Below, piece after piece: positions 44,740 to 55,321 of a DNA stretch of 64,000 nucleotides (position 1 is the stretch's first letter; every line of letters starts with the position of its first letter). Under the pieces are notes generated by a model. The model saw only the letters and a program-made list of their open reading frames with translations, did no database searches and was not told where the DNA came from. Source of the stretch: Chitinophagaceae bacterium (GTDB taxonomy: Bacteria; Bacteroidota; Bacteroidia; Chitinophagales; Chitinophagaceae); NCBI GenBank assembly GCA_039919885.1, contig JBDSEV010000022.1, positions 43,284-107,283 of the forward strand, read 5' to 3'. Position numbers and translations under genes: made by a program.

Positions 44740-47232
44740 CTATTCTTCAAAATAAACCCGCTTTACGCGTTGTGCAATACCCGTCATTATCTCATAGGGA
44801 ATGGTTTCTGCCCACGCTGCCACTTCCTGCACGGACAAAGGATGGCCGAATACCACTACTTCATCCCCTTCCTGCACGTTCGGGATACCGGTAATGTCCA
44901 GCATGGTCATGTCCATAGAGATGATACCGATAACCGGCGCCAGCTTTCCATTCACCAGCATTTTTCCTTTTCCATTGCTCAGCCTTCGCGGATATCCGTC
45001 AGCATACCCCAGCCGAACGGTTGCTATTACACTGTCGCGGGTTGCAATACCTTTTCTTCCATACCCTGCTGTTTCGCCCTTTTTCAAGTGCTTTATCTGC
45101 GCAATAGTAGTCTTAAGCGTGGAAACTTCTTTAAGGTTGAGCTGCCGCGAGGCTGCGCTGTCAATGCCATACAATCCAATGCCCAGTCTTACCATGTCAA
45201 GCTGCAGTTGCGGATAACGGACAATGGCAGCCGAATTTGTCATGTGTTTTAAAAAAGTATACGGAAGCGCATTTTCAAGGACAGCAACAGCAGAAAAGTA
45301 TCTATCTGCCTGCTGCAGGGTAAAATTGTCACCTCCCGGATCTTCACTGGCAACCAGGTGGGTAAAAACAGATTGTACCCTGCAACAACCGGCATTCAGC
45401 ACTGCCGCAAGTTTATCCATATCCGCTACGTTAAAGCCCAGCCTGTTCATGCCGGTTTCCAGTTCAACGTGCACCGGAAATTGTTGTAAGCCTTCTTTCG
45501 CCAGGTACTCATCAAAAGCATTCAGTAAACCGAAAGACCAGATATCAGGCTCCAGGTTAAATTGTATAAGCGCCTCAAAAGAAGTGGCCTCCGGATTAAT
45601 AACCATAATGGGCAGCGTAATACCGGCTTTGCGCAGTTCAATGCCTTCATCGGCATAAGCTACTGCCAGGTAATCAGCTTTATGAAATTGCAGCAGGCTG
45701 GCTATTTCATAGCTCCCGCTACCATACGAATAAGCTTTTACCATGGCCATCAGTTTTGTGGCTGGCTTTAGTAGTTGCTGGTACTGCTGCAGGTTGTGCA
45801 GCATAGCACTCAAATTAATCTCCAGTACGGTTTGGTGTACTTGTTGCTCCAGCAATGGCAATATTTGTTCAAATTCAAATACCCGCGCGCCTTTCAGCAA
45901 AATAGTTTCATGCTGAAATTTAAGGTGATAAAAATCTTTTTTGAATGCATCCAGGTTTGCATACAAACTTATTTCGGGGCCACCTGTTTTTTCAAAAATA
46001 GCCTTGTGTTGCAATAACTGTGGACCAATGCCAATAAACCTGTTCACCTTTTTCTCTTGCAGGACAGCGGCTACTTCTTTATACAACTCATTTTCACTTT
46101 TACCGCTTTCAGGTATATCAGATAGTATGACTGTGCGGCGGGGGTGCTGCTGTTGTCTTGCCAAAAAATCAAGTGCAATTTTTAGCGAACTAAGATCTGC
46201 AGAATAACTGTCATTAATAATAGAGCAGTTATTGATGCCCTTTTTTAATTCCAGTCGCATCGCCAAGGGCACCAGTTCCAGCATGCGCTCCTGTATATAA
46301 GGGTGCCCTATACCCAACTGCAGCAAAACACAATAACAAGTGACGGCATTTTCTACGGAGGCATCATCTGTAAAGGGTATTTTGAAAGACAATGTTTCTT
46401 CTTTAAACACTGCGGTAATATGGGTAGCGGTTTGGCTTTTTATTAGGGTGATAACACGGAAAGTTGCAGTTGTTTTAGTACTCCACGTAAATAAGTGCAT
46501 CTTTTTCGCGGAATGATTGCGCTGCTGAACCAGCTCCAGTACACTTTCGTTTAGTTCGGGATAGTCTTTGCAATAAATAAGCGTATGCACATGTGTAAAA
46601 AGCTGTAATTTTTCTTTTACTTTTTCCCGCATGTTAAAAAACCCTTCGCTGTGTGCCGCTCCAATATTTGTAAAGATGCCAATGCCCGGCTGAATCATTT
46701 TCTCAAGTTTGTCCATTTCACCGCTTTGCGAAATGCCGGCTTCAAACAAGCCAAGGTTGTACTGATCATTCATTTGCCACACACTCAAAGGAACCCCTAT
46801 TTGCGAGTTATAACTTTTTGGACTGCGTACGACCAAAAATTTTTCTTCGAGCAACTGGTTCAGCCATTCTTTTACGATGGTTTTGCCATTGCTGCCTGTG
46901 ATGCCTATTACGGGATAAGAAAATTGTTGCCGGTGGTAGGCGGCCAGCAACTGCAACGCCTGCAACACATCTTTTACAATAATGATATTTGCACCGGCCG
47001 GTAAACCACTGCCGGTTTCAGTTGACACAATAAAGTTGCGGACGCCTTTATCATAGGCTTCCTGCAGAAAAGCATGCCCATCACGGCGCGGTCCTTTCAA
47101 CGCAAAAAAAAGGGAACTGGCAGGAAAAGAAAGCTTCCTGCTATCGGGCAGTAAATATTCTATAAGGTCTCCAGCGCCCTGCTGCAACCATTTACCTTTT
47201 ACAATTGTACGTATCGCTTCAATGGAATACAC
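44740..47232 (-). CDS. murF/alr: Bifunctional UDP-N-acetylmuramoyl-tripeptide--D-alanyl-D-alanine ligase / alanine racemase
   Basis: 830-aa ORF. The N-terminal Mur ligase has the P-loop GITGSNGKT. The C-terminal part, from about TVLEINLSAMLHNL (near 45850), is an alanine racemase with AMVKAYSYGSG (PLP lysine region) and GYADGYPR. Confidence 0.9.
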   Translation of the reverse strand: MYSIEAIRTIVKGKWLQQGAGDLIEYLLPDSRKLSFPASSLFFALKGPRRDGHAFLQEAYDKGVRNFIVSTETGSGLPAGANIIIVKDVLQALQLLAAYHRQQFSYPVIGITGSNGKTIVKEWLNQLLEEKFLVVRSPKSYNSQIGVPLSVWQMNDQYNLGLFEAGISQSGEMDKLEKMIQPGIGIFTNIGAAHSEGFFNMREKVKEKLQLFTHVHTLIYCKDYPELNESVLELVQQRNHSAKKMHLFTWSTKTTATFRVITLIKSQTATHITAVFKEETLSFKIPFTDDASVENAVTCYCVLLQLGIGHPYIQERMLELVPLAMRLELKKGINNCSIINDSYSADLSSLKIALDFLARQQQHPRRTVILSDIPESGKSENELYKEVAAVLQEKKVNRFIGIGPQLLQHKAIFEKTGGPEISLYANLDAFKKDFYHLKFQHETILLKGARVFEFEQILPLLEQQVHQTVLEINLSAMLHNLQQYQQLLKPATKLMAMVKAYSYGSGSYEIASLLQFHKADYLAVAYADEGIELRKAGITLPIMVINPEATSFEALIQFNLEPDIWSFGLLNAFDEYLAKEGLQQFPVHVELETGMNRLGFNVADMDKLAAVLNAGCCRVQSVFTHLVASEDPGGDNFTLQQADRYFSAVAVLENALPYTFLKHMTNSAAIVRYPQLQLDMVRLGIGLYGIDSAASRQLNLKEVSTLKTTIAQIKHLKKGETAGYGRKGIATRDSVIATVRLGYADGYPRRLSNGKGKMLVNGKLAPVIGIISMDMTMLDITGIPNVQEGDEVVVFGHPLSVQEVAAWAETIPYEIMTGIAQRVKRVYFEE

Positions 47233-47276
47233 AGCAAAAGAAGATTAATGAATAAGGATCGCCTCGCAGGACTGTA

Positions 47277-48212
47277 TTAATCCACTTCATCCTTACGCGC
47301 AACCTGCATTGAATAAAGGATGGCCCCTGCCAGGCAGACGACTATAACTATCAGCGAAATATAGACCGGAATGTGTATGCCAATCCAGGGAATTTCCACC
47401 AGCATTTTCAGACCAATAAAAATAAGTACAATGGCAATTCCCTGCTGCAGGTGGCTAAACTTATCTACCGCTCCTTTCAACAAAAAGAAAAGCGATCTCA
47501 AACCCAGTACCGCAAACACATTGGAGGTATACACCACCAGCCTGTTTTGTGAAATGGCAAACACCGCAGGAATGGAATCAAGTGCAAAAACCACGTCGAT
47601 GGTAGCCAGCATTACAATGACTACGAATATTTTTGTGTACCAGCGCTTGCCGTTTTTAATAACGGTGAGGTGTACGCCATGTTCTTCGTTGGTAATGGGA
47701 AAAACGCGCTTTAATAATTTATATACCTTGTTTTTTTCTAAATCAATTTCCTCGTCTTTATTAGCCGCAAACATTTTGACGCCGGTAAATATAAGTATGA
47801 CGCCAAAAATATACAGTACCCAGCGGAAGCGCTCTACCAGTTCAATGCCTACGGTAATAAAAATAACCCGCAGCAGAATGGCCATCAATATACCGATAAG
47901 CAACACCCTGGCGTAATGCGTTTCTTTTACCCCAAAAAATGTAAAAATGAGAATAAAGACAAAAATATTGTCAATGCTCAGGCTCCACTCCATGAGGTAA
48001 GCGCTGAGGTACTCCAGCGCTACACTGTGACCGTTCTCCAAGGCAACAAATACGCCAAAGCCAATGGCCAGCAATACCCAGAATATGGTTTGAACCAGTG
48101 CCTGTTTAAAAGAAATGATCGCCGACTTCTTGCTTAGTAGTCCCAAATCAAAAATAAGCGCCACTACCAGCGCAATGCCAAATACGATATAGCTTATTTG
48201 CTCTCTTGTCAT
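47277..48212 (-). CDS. TerC/Alx family integral membrane protein
   Basis: 311-aa polytopic ORF with the TerC motifs EWSLSIDNIFVFILIF and DSIPAVFAIS. Confidence 0.85.
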   Translation of the reverse strand: MTREQISYIVFGIALVVALIFDLGLLSKKSAIISFKQALVQTIFWVLLAIGFGVFVALENGHSVALEYLSAYLMEWSLSIDNIFVFILIFTFFGVKETHYARVLLIGILMAILLRVIFITVGIELVERFRWVLYIFGVILIFTGVKMFAANKDEEIDLEKNKVYKLLKRVFPITNEEHGVHLTVIKNGKRWYTKIFVVIVMLATIDVVFALDSIPAVFAISQNRLVVYTSNVFAVLGLRSLFFLLKGAVDKFSHLQQGIAIVLIFIGLKMLVEIPWIGIHIPVYISLIVIVVCLAGAILYSMQVARKDEVD

Positions 48213-48325
48213 TAATAAATTGTGTGGTTGTAAAGATAGATCAAAAGGTGTAAGGTTGAGGCTGTTGGGCTAAAGATCAAAGCGATGGATTGGAGAACAG
48301 CCTTTAATGATGCGCCTTTTACCAC

Positions 48326-50032
48326 CTACGCGTTGCTGTACTTTCTTTTGCGCAGGAACTGGTAAAAACTGCCAAACAAAATAACCAGCAACAAGGGACC
48401 AATGATATTAATAAGCTGCCATTTTGTTTTGTCTGTTTCCAGCTTTTTCTTATCCAGCAACCGAAGCGTAATATCCTTATTGCGTGTTTCCAGTATCCCC
48501 GATTTATCCACCAGGTACTGCACGCAGTTCATCACAAATTCGCTGTTGGCATATTTATTTTTGGTGTAGGGGTTAAGGCCCATGGTCATTGGGCCATCCG
48601 CCTGGGAAACAAAATTAAGCGCAATATCTCCGTCTGACACCACGATCATTTTATTAGCTGTTTCACTCCGCGCACGGAATGGTTGCTGCGCCAGGCGAAG
48701 AGATTGTTTAATGGATTCGCTTACCCGGTTGGCATACAATGAGGTGAAGCTACCTTCTAGCAGCACAGCCACTGGCACATAAGATTTGTTAAAAGATTTG
48801 ATGTCTTCCTCGTTCTGGATACTGGTCCACGACACTTTAGCGGGGGTGTTAAGTATACGGGAAGCATCGGAGGTGGTAAGCAGGTAAGTTTTTTTTATTC
48901 CCGCTGTTTGGACGGTGTCAATACTGTTGGGAAACTGCGCCAGCACATAATCCAGGTTCTTAGAAATGGGATTGCTGTTGTTGCTGCTTAGCAATGGAAA
49001 ATAGGGCCACGGCAGTAGTTGAATCTGTGGCTTACCGCCAACATTGCCCACTACAGAAGGTATTTTATCGCAATTGAGATCTTGCACCAGGTCAAGGTTA
49101 ATGCGTACGCCATATTTAAACAACAGGTCTTCCAGGTTTAATCCACGGTCAAAAGCGATGAACTCATTTTGGGTACGTTGCAGGCTGTCCATTTCTGCAT
49201 AGAGGTTATCAATCATCCACATAATTTTTCCACCCTGCATGGTATACTGATCCAACTTTAATTTTTGCTCGTCGGTAAATTTCTGCGTCGGCTTATTAAT
49301 CAGCAATGCATTAAACACGGCCGGTATGGCCGGGACACTATCGATCGGTAAAAATGCAAACCCGTATTTTTTCCGCAGGTTGCCATCAATCAAATCCTTA
49401 ATGCGCTGCGAAAATTCTTCTCCGTTGCCCAACAAATAGCCTACCACAGGCATTGAATCGGTGGTAATTTTCTGGATAGCACTGATGAACTTATATTCCA
49501 GCGTGGCTTCAACCCGGTTGATGGAAGTTTCGTCCAGCGCTGAGCTCTGACCCGATAACAGGTCTACTGCAGTAACCCGGCCTTTGTAACTAAGCAATGC
49601 CCCCGGCACCACCTGTCGTTGCTCGGTTCCTTCCCCTTCTTTCACCTGCGCCTGGATGGTATATGGTTTAATACCCAGGTTGGCAATTGAATCCAGGAAA
49701 TAACTTTTCGCAGAATCATTTAAACTGTTACCGGGCTTTTCAAATGTGAATTTAATACGGCTTTTGCCGATTTCTTTAAATTCCTGCAACAGCTGCCCGG
49801 TGCTGTTTTTTAATTTTTTAAAATCTTTGGGCATATCGCCGTCCAAAAAAACAGTGATGGTTACCTGGTTGTCCAGGCCCCGCAGCATTTTTTTTGTGGG
49901 GGCAGACAAGGTATAGCGTTTCTCTGCGGTAAGGTCTGCACGCACATTATAAAAAGACGCGGCAATATTTAGCAGCACCAGGAATGCAAGCAAAACAATC
50001 CACCAGTATTTTGTAGCCAGCAATTTTTTCAT
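48326..50032 (-). CDS. gldG: Gliding-motility-associated ABC transporter substrate-binding component GldG
   Basis: 568-aa ORF with N- and C-terminal TM anchors and a GldG-like N-terminus (RADLTAEKRYTLSAPTKKMLRGLDNQVTITVFLDG). It lies immediately downstream of gldF: the gldF stop (50033-50035) abuts the gldG start (50030-50032). Confidence 0.85.
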   Translation of the reverse strand: MKKLLATKYWWIVLLAFLVLLNIAASFYNVRADLTAEKRYTLSAPTKKMLRGLDNQVTITVFLDGDMPKDFKKLKNSTGQLLQEFKEIGKSRIKFTFEKPGNSLNDSAKSYFLDSIANLGIKPYTIQAQVKEGEGTEQRQVVPGALLSYKGRVTAVDLLSGQSSALDETSINRVEATLEYKFISAIQKITTDSMPVVGYLLGNGEEFSQRIKDLIDGNLRKKYGFAFLPIDSVPAIPAVFNALLINKPTQKFTDEQKLKLDQYTMQGGKIMWMIDNLYAEMDSLQRTQNEFIAFDRGLNLEDLLFKYGVRINLDLVQDLNCDKIPSVVGNVGGKPQIQLLPWPYFPLLSSNNSNPISKNLDYVLAQFPNSIDTVQTAGIKKTYLLTTSDASRILNTPAKVSWTSIQNEEDIKSFNKSYVPVAVLLEGSFTSLYANRVSESIKQSLRLAQQPFRARSETANKMIVVSDGDIALNFVSQADGPMTMGLNPYTKNKYANSEFVMNCVQYLVDKSGILETRNKDITLRLLDKKKLETDKTKWQLINIIGPLLLVILFGSFYQFLRKRKYSNA

Positions 50033-50764
50033 TCAGGGCCTGCGTTTAATGAGGTTACGTTGGGTAAATAGCAAAAAGAAAGCAATGATGCTGAAAAAAT
50101 AGACCAGGTCACGGCTATCAATAACCCCCCGGCTGATGCTGCGGTAATGAAAATCAATCCCCAGCATCTCTACATAATAATCCGCACCCGATGCCAGTGC
50201 TGGTATACGACTCACCGCGTTAAAGCCCATGTATAATATAAAACAGGCAAACGCGCTTACGATAAAAGCAATTACCGCATTACTGGTGAAGCTGCTGCAA
50301 CAAATGCCAATGGCAGTAAAAACCGCGGCTAAAAAGCACAGGCCAATATAGGCGCCTGTTACGCCGCCCACGTCAATGCCGGCATTGCCGGCGCTCAGTG
50401 CCTGCATGCTCACCGCATAAATAAGCGTAGGCAGCAGCGCCAATAAAACAATCAGCAAACAACCCAGGTATTTGCCGCCTACCAGCTGACTGTACCGTAG
50501 CGGTTTTGTATGCAGTATTTCGTAGGTACCCGCTTTAAACTCATCCGCCAGGCTGCGCATGGTGATGGCCGGCACCAAAAAAGTAAGTATCCAGGGCGCC
50601 AGTTCAAAAAACTTATCCAGGGTAGCGTACCCAAAATCCAGCATATTGCTGTCCGGAAAAACAAAAAGAAACAGGCCATTGAGCAGTAGAAATACTGCCA
50701 AGGCAATTATACCCGTAAGGCTGCTGAAAAACTGCCGGAATTCTTTTTTACAAACAGGCCACAT
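50033..50764 (-). CDS. gldF: Gliding-motility-associated ABC-2 type transporter permease GldF
   Basis: 243-aa, 6-TM ORF beginning KKEFRQFFSSLTGIIALAVFLLLNGLFLFVFPDSNMLDFGYATL...EFKAGTYEILHTKP, which is typical of GldF. Confidence 0.85.
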   Translation of the reverse strand: MWPVCKKEFRQFFSSLTGIIALAVFLLLNGLFLFVFPDSNMLDFGYATLDKFFELAPWILTFLVPAITMRSLADEFKAGTYEILHTKPLRYSQLVGGKYLGCLLIVLLALLPTLIYAVSMQALSAGNAGIDVGGVTGAYIGLCFLAAVFTAIGICCSSFTSNAVIAFIVSAFACFILYMGFNAVSRIPALASGADYYVEMLGIDFHYRSISRGVIDSRDLVYFFSIIAFFLLFTQRNLIKRRP

Positions 50765-50959
50765 GCGCCAAAAATAATGTATTCAGTGCACAGAAAATGA
50801 ATAATGCGTTTCTATATTGCTGATTTTGAGATTGCAGGATTTAACGGATCGCACTGGTTAGAAAAATATCGAAATCCACCATACGGACAGCAGCAATTTC
50901 CATTAAATAAGCAATTTATTTGTAAATTCGGGGACATCCAACTAATAACCACCAACTGC

Positions 50960-51391
50960 ATGGCATTAAAGATTATCGATCACGGCACAAAGGAATACCA
51001 GCAAATGGTCCAGATGCGCCTGGACATTTTGCGCAAACCACTTGGACTGAGTTTTACACCCGAAGAACTGGAAAAAGAAAAGGATGAAGTATTGATTGGC
51101 GCTTTTGAGGACGAGCGCATGCTGGGCTGCTGTATGCTCATCAAACAGGCACAATACATTGCGCGCCTGCGGCAAATGGCCGTTATGAACAATGTACAGG
51201 GAAAGGGCATTGGCCGGGCGCTGATGAATTTTGCCGAAAACATTGCCCGTGACATGGGCTACCGAAAATTATTGATGCATGCCCGCAAAACAGCCGCCGG
51301 ATTTTACGAAAAACAGGGCTACCGAATTACCGGCGAAGAATTCACCGAAGTTACCATACCGCATTATGTGATGGAAAAAGATCTTATCTGA
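50960..51391 (+). CDS. GNAT family N-acetyltransferase
   Basis: Start taken at MALKIIDHG (50960); the upstream extension from 50804 is not protein-like. Acetyl-CoA binding motif: MAVMNNVQGKGIGRALMNFAE. Confidence 0.8.
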   Translation: MALKIIDHGTKEYQQMVQMRLDILRKPLGLSFTPEELEKEKDEVLIGAFEDERMLGCCMLIKQAQYIARLRQMAVMNNVQGKGIGRALMNFAENIARDMGYRKLLMHARKTAAGFYEKQGYRITGEEFTEVTIPHYVMEKDLI

Positions 51392-51430
51392 CCTGTTTTT
51401 TTTACCGGCACCGGGTGGAGATTTGTATTG

Positions 51431-54400
51431 CTAAAAAGCTACTTCCGACTGGGGTATAACACCTTTGTGCATTCGTTGTAAAAACAGCAGCATCGCCTCC
51501 ATTGTTTTTACATCCGCAACTACTAATAAAAACAATCTGCCAACCTGTTTTAACTTTGCCTTGTTGGTGTGTTTCTGCAGATAGTCCAGCGTGTTTTTAA
51601 AGATATCAGATTCAAAATAAGGAGAGTCCGGCCGGTTAATGAAATAACAACGGAGGATCTCATCTTTCAGGCTCATCTTTTCAAATCCCAGTTCCACAGC
51701 CAGCTTGCGGCAACGTACAGTGGTAAATAAATCTTCTACCTGGTTAGGCAGCGGACCAAACCTATCTATCATTTCCTTGTGGAAATCAAGCAATTCTTCT
51801 TCTGTATCGCAGTTGTCCAGGCGGGTGTACAACGATAGTCTTTCCGTGATGCTTTCCACATAGCTGTCGGGTATCAGTATTTCCAAATCTGTATCAATGG
51901 TGCAGTCATGCACAAAATCTTCCTGTTTTTGAATTTCATCCTTGAACACTTCGCGGAACGAGGTTCGCTTTAATTCGCGGATGGCTTCATCGAGTATTTT
52001 CTGGTACATTTCAAACCCAATCTCCGCCATAAAGCCGCTTTGTTCTCCGCCCAGCATATTGCCCGCCCCACGGATATCCAGATCACGCATAGCAATCTGG
52101 AACCCGCTGCCCAGTTCGCTGTGCTGTTCCAATGTTTGCAAACGTTTTCTAGAGTCGGCCGGCAGCGTACTTACCGGGGGCGCCAGTAAATAACAAAATG
52201 CTTTTTTATTGCTACGGCCAACTCTTCCGCGCAGCTGGTGCAAATCGCTTAAACCAAACTGGTGTGCGTTGTTGATGATGATTGTATTTACATTGGGTAT
52301 GTCTACCCCACTTTCCACGATATTGGTACAAATCAGTACATCGTATTTCTGGTTGATGAAATCCAGGATTCTTTCTTCCAGCTCATGCCCTTCTAACTGC
52401 CCGTGGGCAAAACCGATACTCAAATCAGGACAGAGCCCCTGTACCAGTCCTGCCATTTCTGCCAGTCCGTGTACGCGGTTATGAATAAAAAAAACCTGGC
52501 CACCTCTTTCCGTTTCGTAATAAATCGCATCGCGTATAAAGTCTTCATTAAATACGGCTATCTCGGTTTGTATGGGCTGGCGGTTCGGCGGCGGCGTATT
52601 AATGATGCTTAGATCCCGGGCACCCATTAAACTGAACTGCAGCGTTCTTGGTATAGGCGTTGCCGTTAGCGTGAGGCAGTCGACATTGGTGCGCAGGGTT
52701 TTAATTTTTTCTTTTGCTGCCACACCAAACTTTTGTTCTTCGTCAATCACCATGAGTCCCAGGTCCTTGAATTTTACTTCTTTCCCCAGCAGCGAGTGCG
52801 TACCAATTATAATGTCTACTTTTCCTTCTTCCAGCCTTTTGAGCGTTTCCTTCTTCTCTTTCGAAGACTTGAATCGGTTGATATAGTCCACCGTTACCGG
52901 AAAATCTTTCAACCGATCACTGAAGGTTTTAAAATGCTGGAAAGCCAGGATGGTAGTGGGTACCAATATTACGGCCTGCTTATTGTCGCAGCAGGTTTTA
53001 AACGCTGCGCGAACGGCTATCTCGGTTTTACCGAAACCTACATCACCACAAACCAGCCGGTCCATCGGTGCAGGCAGTTCCATATCGCGTTTTACATCTG
53101 CGGATGCCTTGCTCTGGTCGGGCGTATCTTCGTAAATAAAAGACGCTTCCAGTTCTGTTTGCATATAATTATCGGGCAGGTGCGCAAAGCCATGCTGGGC
53201 TTTTCGCTGGGCATATAGCTTAATAAGGTCAAAAGCTATTTCCTTAACCTTCGTTTTGGTTTTTTCCTTGAGCCGGTTCCATACATCACTACCCAGCTTA
53301 TTTACTTTTGGTACCGAGCCTTCTTTACCGGTAAACTTGGCAATTTTATGTAGTGAATTGATGTTTACGTAGAGGATATCACTATCTCTATAAATAATTC
53401 GTACCGCCTCCTGCAGCCTGCCATTTGCTTCTATCTTTTGAAGCCCGCTGTATACGCCAACGCCATGGTCAATATGGGTTACGTAATCACCCGGCTGCAG
53501 TTCGCGCAGCGTTCTTAGCGTAAGTGCCTTATTCTTGTTGTAAGCCTGTTTTACTTTGTACTTGTGATAACGCTGAAAAATCTGGTGATCGGTATAACAG
53601 ATAATTTTTAAGTCGTCGTCTATAAACCCCTGGTGAATGGAAACCGGTACCGGCGTGAGCTGGATGTCTGCCTTTAAATCGGTAAAGATGGTATGCAATC
53701 GTTCCAGCTGTTTCGGGTTTTCTGCAAATAAATAAATCGCATATTTTTTTGCCTCTCTTGCTTTTAAATCAGCAATCAATAAATCAAACTGCCGGTTAAA
53801 AGCGGGTTGTTCCTTGGTATGAAACTCAATTTCGTGCAGCGTGGTTAGGGATGGCTGGTGACCAAATTCGATGCGGTGCCGCAGCCGGATTTGATCTTCG
53901 ATGGCTGCTGCCGTTATAAAATCTTCCGGTGTAATGTGTTTTTTTTCTAATTTATCATCGTCTTCATCAGCGGCAGTTTTTTTACCTGGCGGAAGGAGTT
54001 CTTTCTGCAATTCAATAAAAAAATGGAGGTCTTCTTCTTCTACCGATATTTTTTCCTTGATAACATCCCAATCCTGTAACCAGACAGCCGTGTTCTCCGG
54101 TAGAAATTCCAGTAACGATACTTTTTCCCCATCCTCAAACTGTGTTTCAACATTGGGGATGATGGTAACCTGCAGCAATTTCCGTTCACTTAGCTGTGTT
54201 TCCGGGTCAAACACCCTGATAGAATCCACGTCATTGCCAAACAATTCAATGCGGTAAGGTTTTTCGTTGCCAAAAGAATAGATATCCAGTATACCACCTC
54301 GTATCGCAAATTGACCGGGCTCGTACACAAAATCTGTTTTGCTAAACCCGTACTGATCAAATTGCAGTAAGAGATTACCGATATCCAGTGAATCACCATT

Positions 54401-54850
54401 TTTTATGCGGATGATATTTGCCGACAATGTTTTAGGCAGCACGCATTTTTCAAATAATGCTTCCGGGTAGGTAACAATGATTTTTTTATTGCCGCCGCCG
54501 CTCAGTTTGGTCAATGCTTCTGTACGCAGCATTACATGCGAAGAATTGAGCAGCTTAAAATTCTTTTTATTTTTAAACGAAGCAGGAAAATAGAAAAGAT
54601 CAAGCGCATTGGTAAGGTTCTCCAGGGTATTATGAAAATATGCTGCCTCTTCGGCGTCGTTCAGTACAATAAGGTGATTAATTTGTGCGCAGGAGGGATG
54701 TTGAAAGACAGCCGTTACTACAAACTGAGATGCACTGCCCCGGAGATTTTTAAGAAACAGCTGTTGTGGCGCAGACATAGTAATCTTGTCCGCAATAGAA
54801 AAAACGCGGGGATCTTTACCAAACGCTTCCAGCAACACATTCAAATTCAT
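51431..54850 (-). CDS. mfd: Transcription-repair coupling factor
   Basis: Start taken at MNLNVLLEAFGKD (54850). It has the DEAD/helicase motifs GDVGFGKTE and MVIDEEQKFG, the helicase C motif LRGRVGRS, and a TRCF domain. The ORF-track extension to 55084 has no homology-like features. Confidence 0.93.
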   Translation of the reverse strand: MNLNVLLEAFGKDPRVFSIADKITMSAPQQLFLKNLRGSASQFVVTAVFQHPSCAQINHLIVLNDAEEAAYFHNTLENLTNALDLFYFPASFKNKKNFKLLNSSHVMLRTEALTKLSGGGNKKIIVTYPEALFEKCVLPKTLSANIIRIKNGDSLDIGNLLLQFDQYGFSKTDFVYEPGQFAIRGGILDIYSFGNEKPYRIELFGNDVDSIRVFDPETQLSERKLLQVTIIPNVETQFEDGEKVSLLEFLPENTAVWLQDWDVIKEKISVEEEDLHFFIELQKELLPPGKKTAADEDDDKLEKKHITPEDFITAAAIEDQIRLRHRIEFGHQPSLTTLHEIEFHTKEQPAFNRQFDLLIADLKAREAKKYAIYLFAENPKQLERLHTIFTDLKADIQLTPVPVSIHQGFIDDDLKIICYTDHQIFQRYHKYKVKQAYNKNKALTLRTLRELQPGDYVTHIDHGVGVYSGLQKIEANGRLQEAVRIIYRDSDILYVNINSLHKIAKFTGKEGSVPKVNKLGSDVWNRLKEKTKTKVKEIAFDLIKLYAQRKAQHGFAHLPDNYMQTELEASFIYEDTPDQSKASADVKRDMELPAPMDRLVCGDVGFGKTEIAVRAAFKTCCDNKQAVILVPTTILAFQHFKTFSDRLKDFPVTVDYINRFKSSKEKKETLKRLEEGKVDIIIGTHSLLGKEVKFKDLGLMVIDEEQKFGVAAKEKIKTLRTNVDCLTLTATPIPRTLQFSLMGARDLSIINTPPPNRQPIQTEIAVFNEDFIRDAIYYETERGGQVFFIHNRVHGLAEMAGLVQGLCPDLSIGFAHGQLEGHELEERILDFINQKYDVLICTNIVESGVDIPNVNTIIINNAHQFGLSDLHQLRGRVGRSNKKAFCYLLAPPVSTLPADSRKRLQTLEQHSELGSGFQIAMRDLDIRGAGNMLGGEQSGFMAEIGFEMYQKILDEAIRELKRTSFREVFKDEIQKQEDFVHDCTIDTDLEILIPDSYVESITERLSLYTRLDNCDTEEELLDFHKEMIDRFGPLPNQVEDLFTTVRCRKLAVELGFEKMSLKDEILRCYFINRPDSPYFESDIFKNTLDYLQKHTNKAKLKQVGRLFLLVVADVKTMEAMLLFLQRMHKGVIPQSEVAF

Positions 54851-55176
54851 GAAGGCTGCAAATATACGAATGCTATGGCAAAAAACAGGTTTATCAATCG
54901 CCGGGATTATTTTTACTACCGTTGCGTTTGCTGTGTTAATAAGAATTTTCATACCATTGCGGCACGCACCTCCGTGAAATATTCCTCCCGTCCGGCGTAG
55001 TAAAAAAATCCCGCGCAGCGGTGGTAAAAAAAACCGCGTAGCCTGCCTGCCATGAAGCAGGTGCTGTTGTCTGCAGTCCCACAAAATGACTTGTTGCAGG
55101 AAAATTAAATCGAATTAAGAAAAAAGACTTTACATTAGCGGCACGAATACACGATTGCCTGCCATTATTGACAAAA

Positions 55177-55201
55177 GCCCCGGTTAGCCGGGGCTTTTTT
55201 T
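55177..55201. terminator. Hairpin terminator between apaG and mfd
   Basis: The sequence is gccccgg-ttag-ccggggc: a 7-bp GC stem flanked by aaaa upstream and ttttttt downstream on the plus strand. Read on the minus strand it follows apaG with a TTTTG tail. Confidence 0.55.
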
Positions 55202-55321
55202 GTGCTCAGGCCGCATATTGGCCAATGCTGCAGCAAGACAGTCAACCGTCTGTAGTAGCGTAATGTTTTTAAAAATTGGATGAAAATGCGGAGATCCGCT
55301 GAAGCGTAGCTAAAAAACTGA

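Noticed and set aside
48213-48325. Mn2+ (yybP-ykoY) riboswitch in the leader of the TerC-family gene
   Set aside because: The leader is only about 113 nt, and I could not find the conserved four-way-junction sequence blocks. Only one long-loop stem (aggctgtt/aacagcct) is present, and that may simply terminate gldG.
54851-55084. N-terminal extension of the mfd ORF in the six-frame track (likewise 56015-56179 for icd, 55709-55822 for apaG, 50804-50959 for the GNAT gene, 24046-24093 for GH30 and 6257-6289 for the TonB-dependent receptor)
   Set aside because: The extensions are Cys/Arg/Phe-rich and not protein-like. The internal Met residues give canonical family N-termini or signal peptides.
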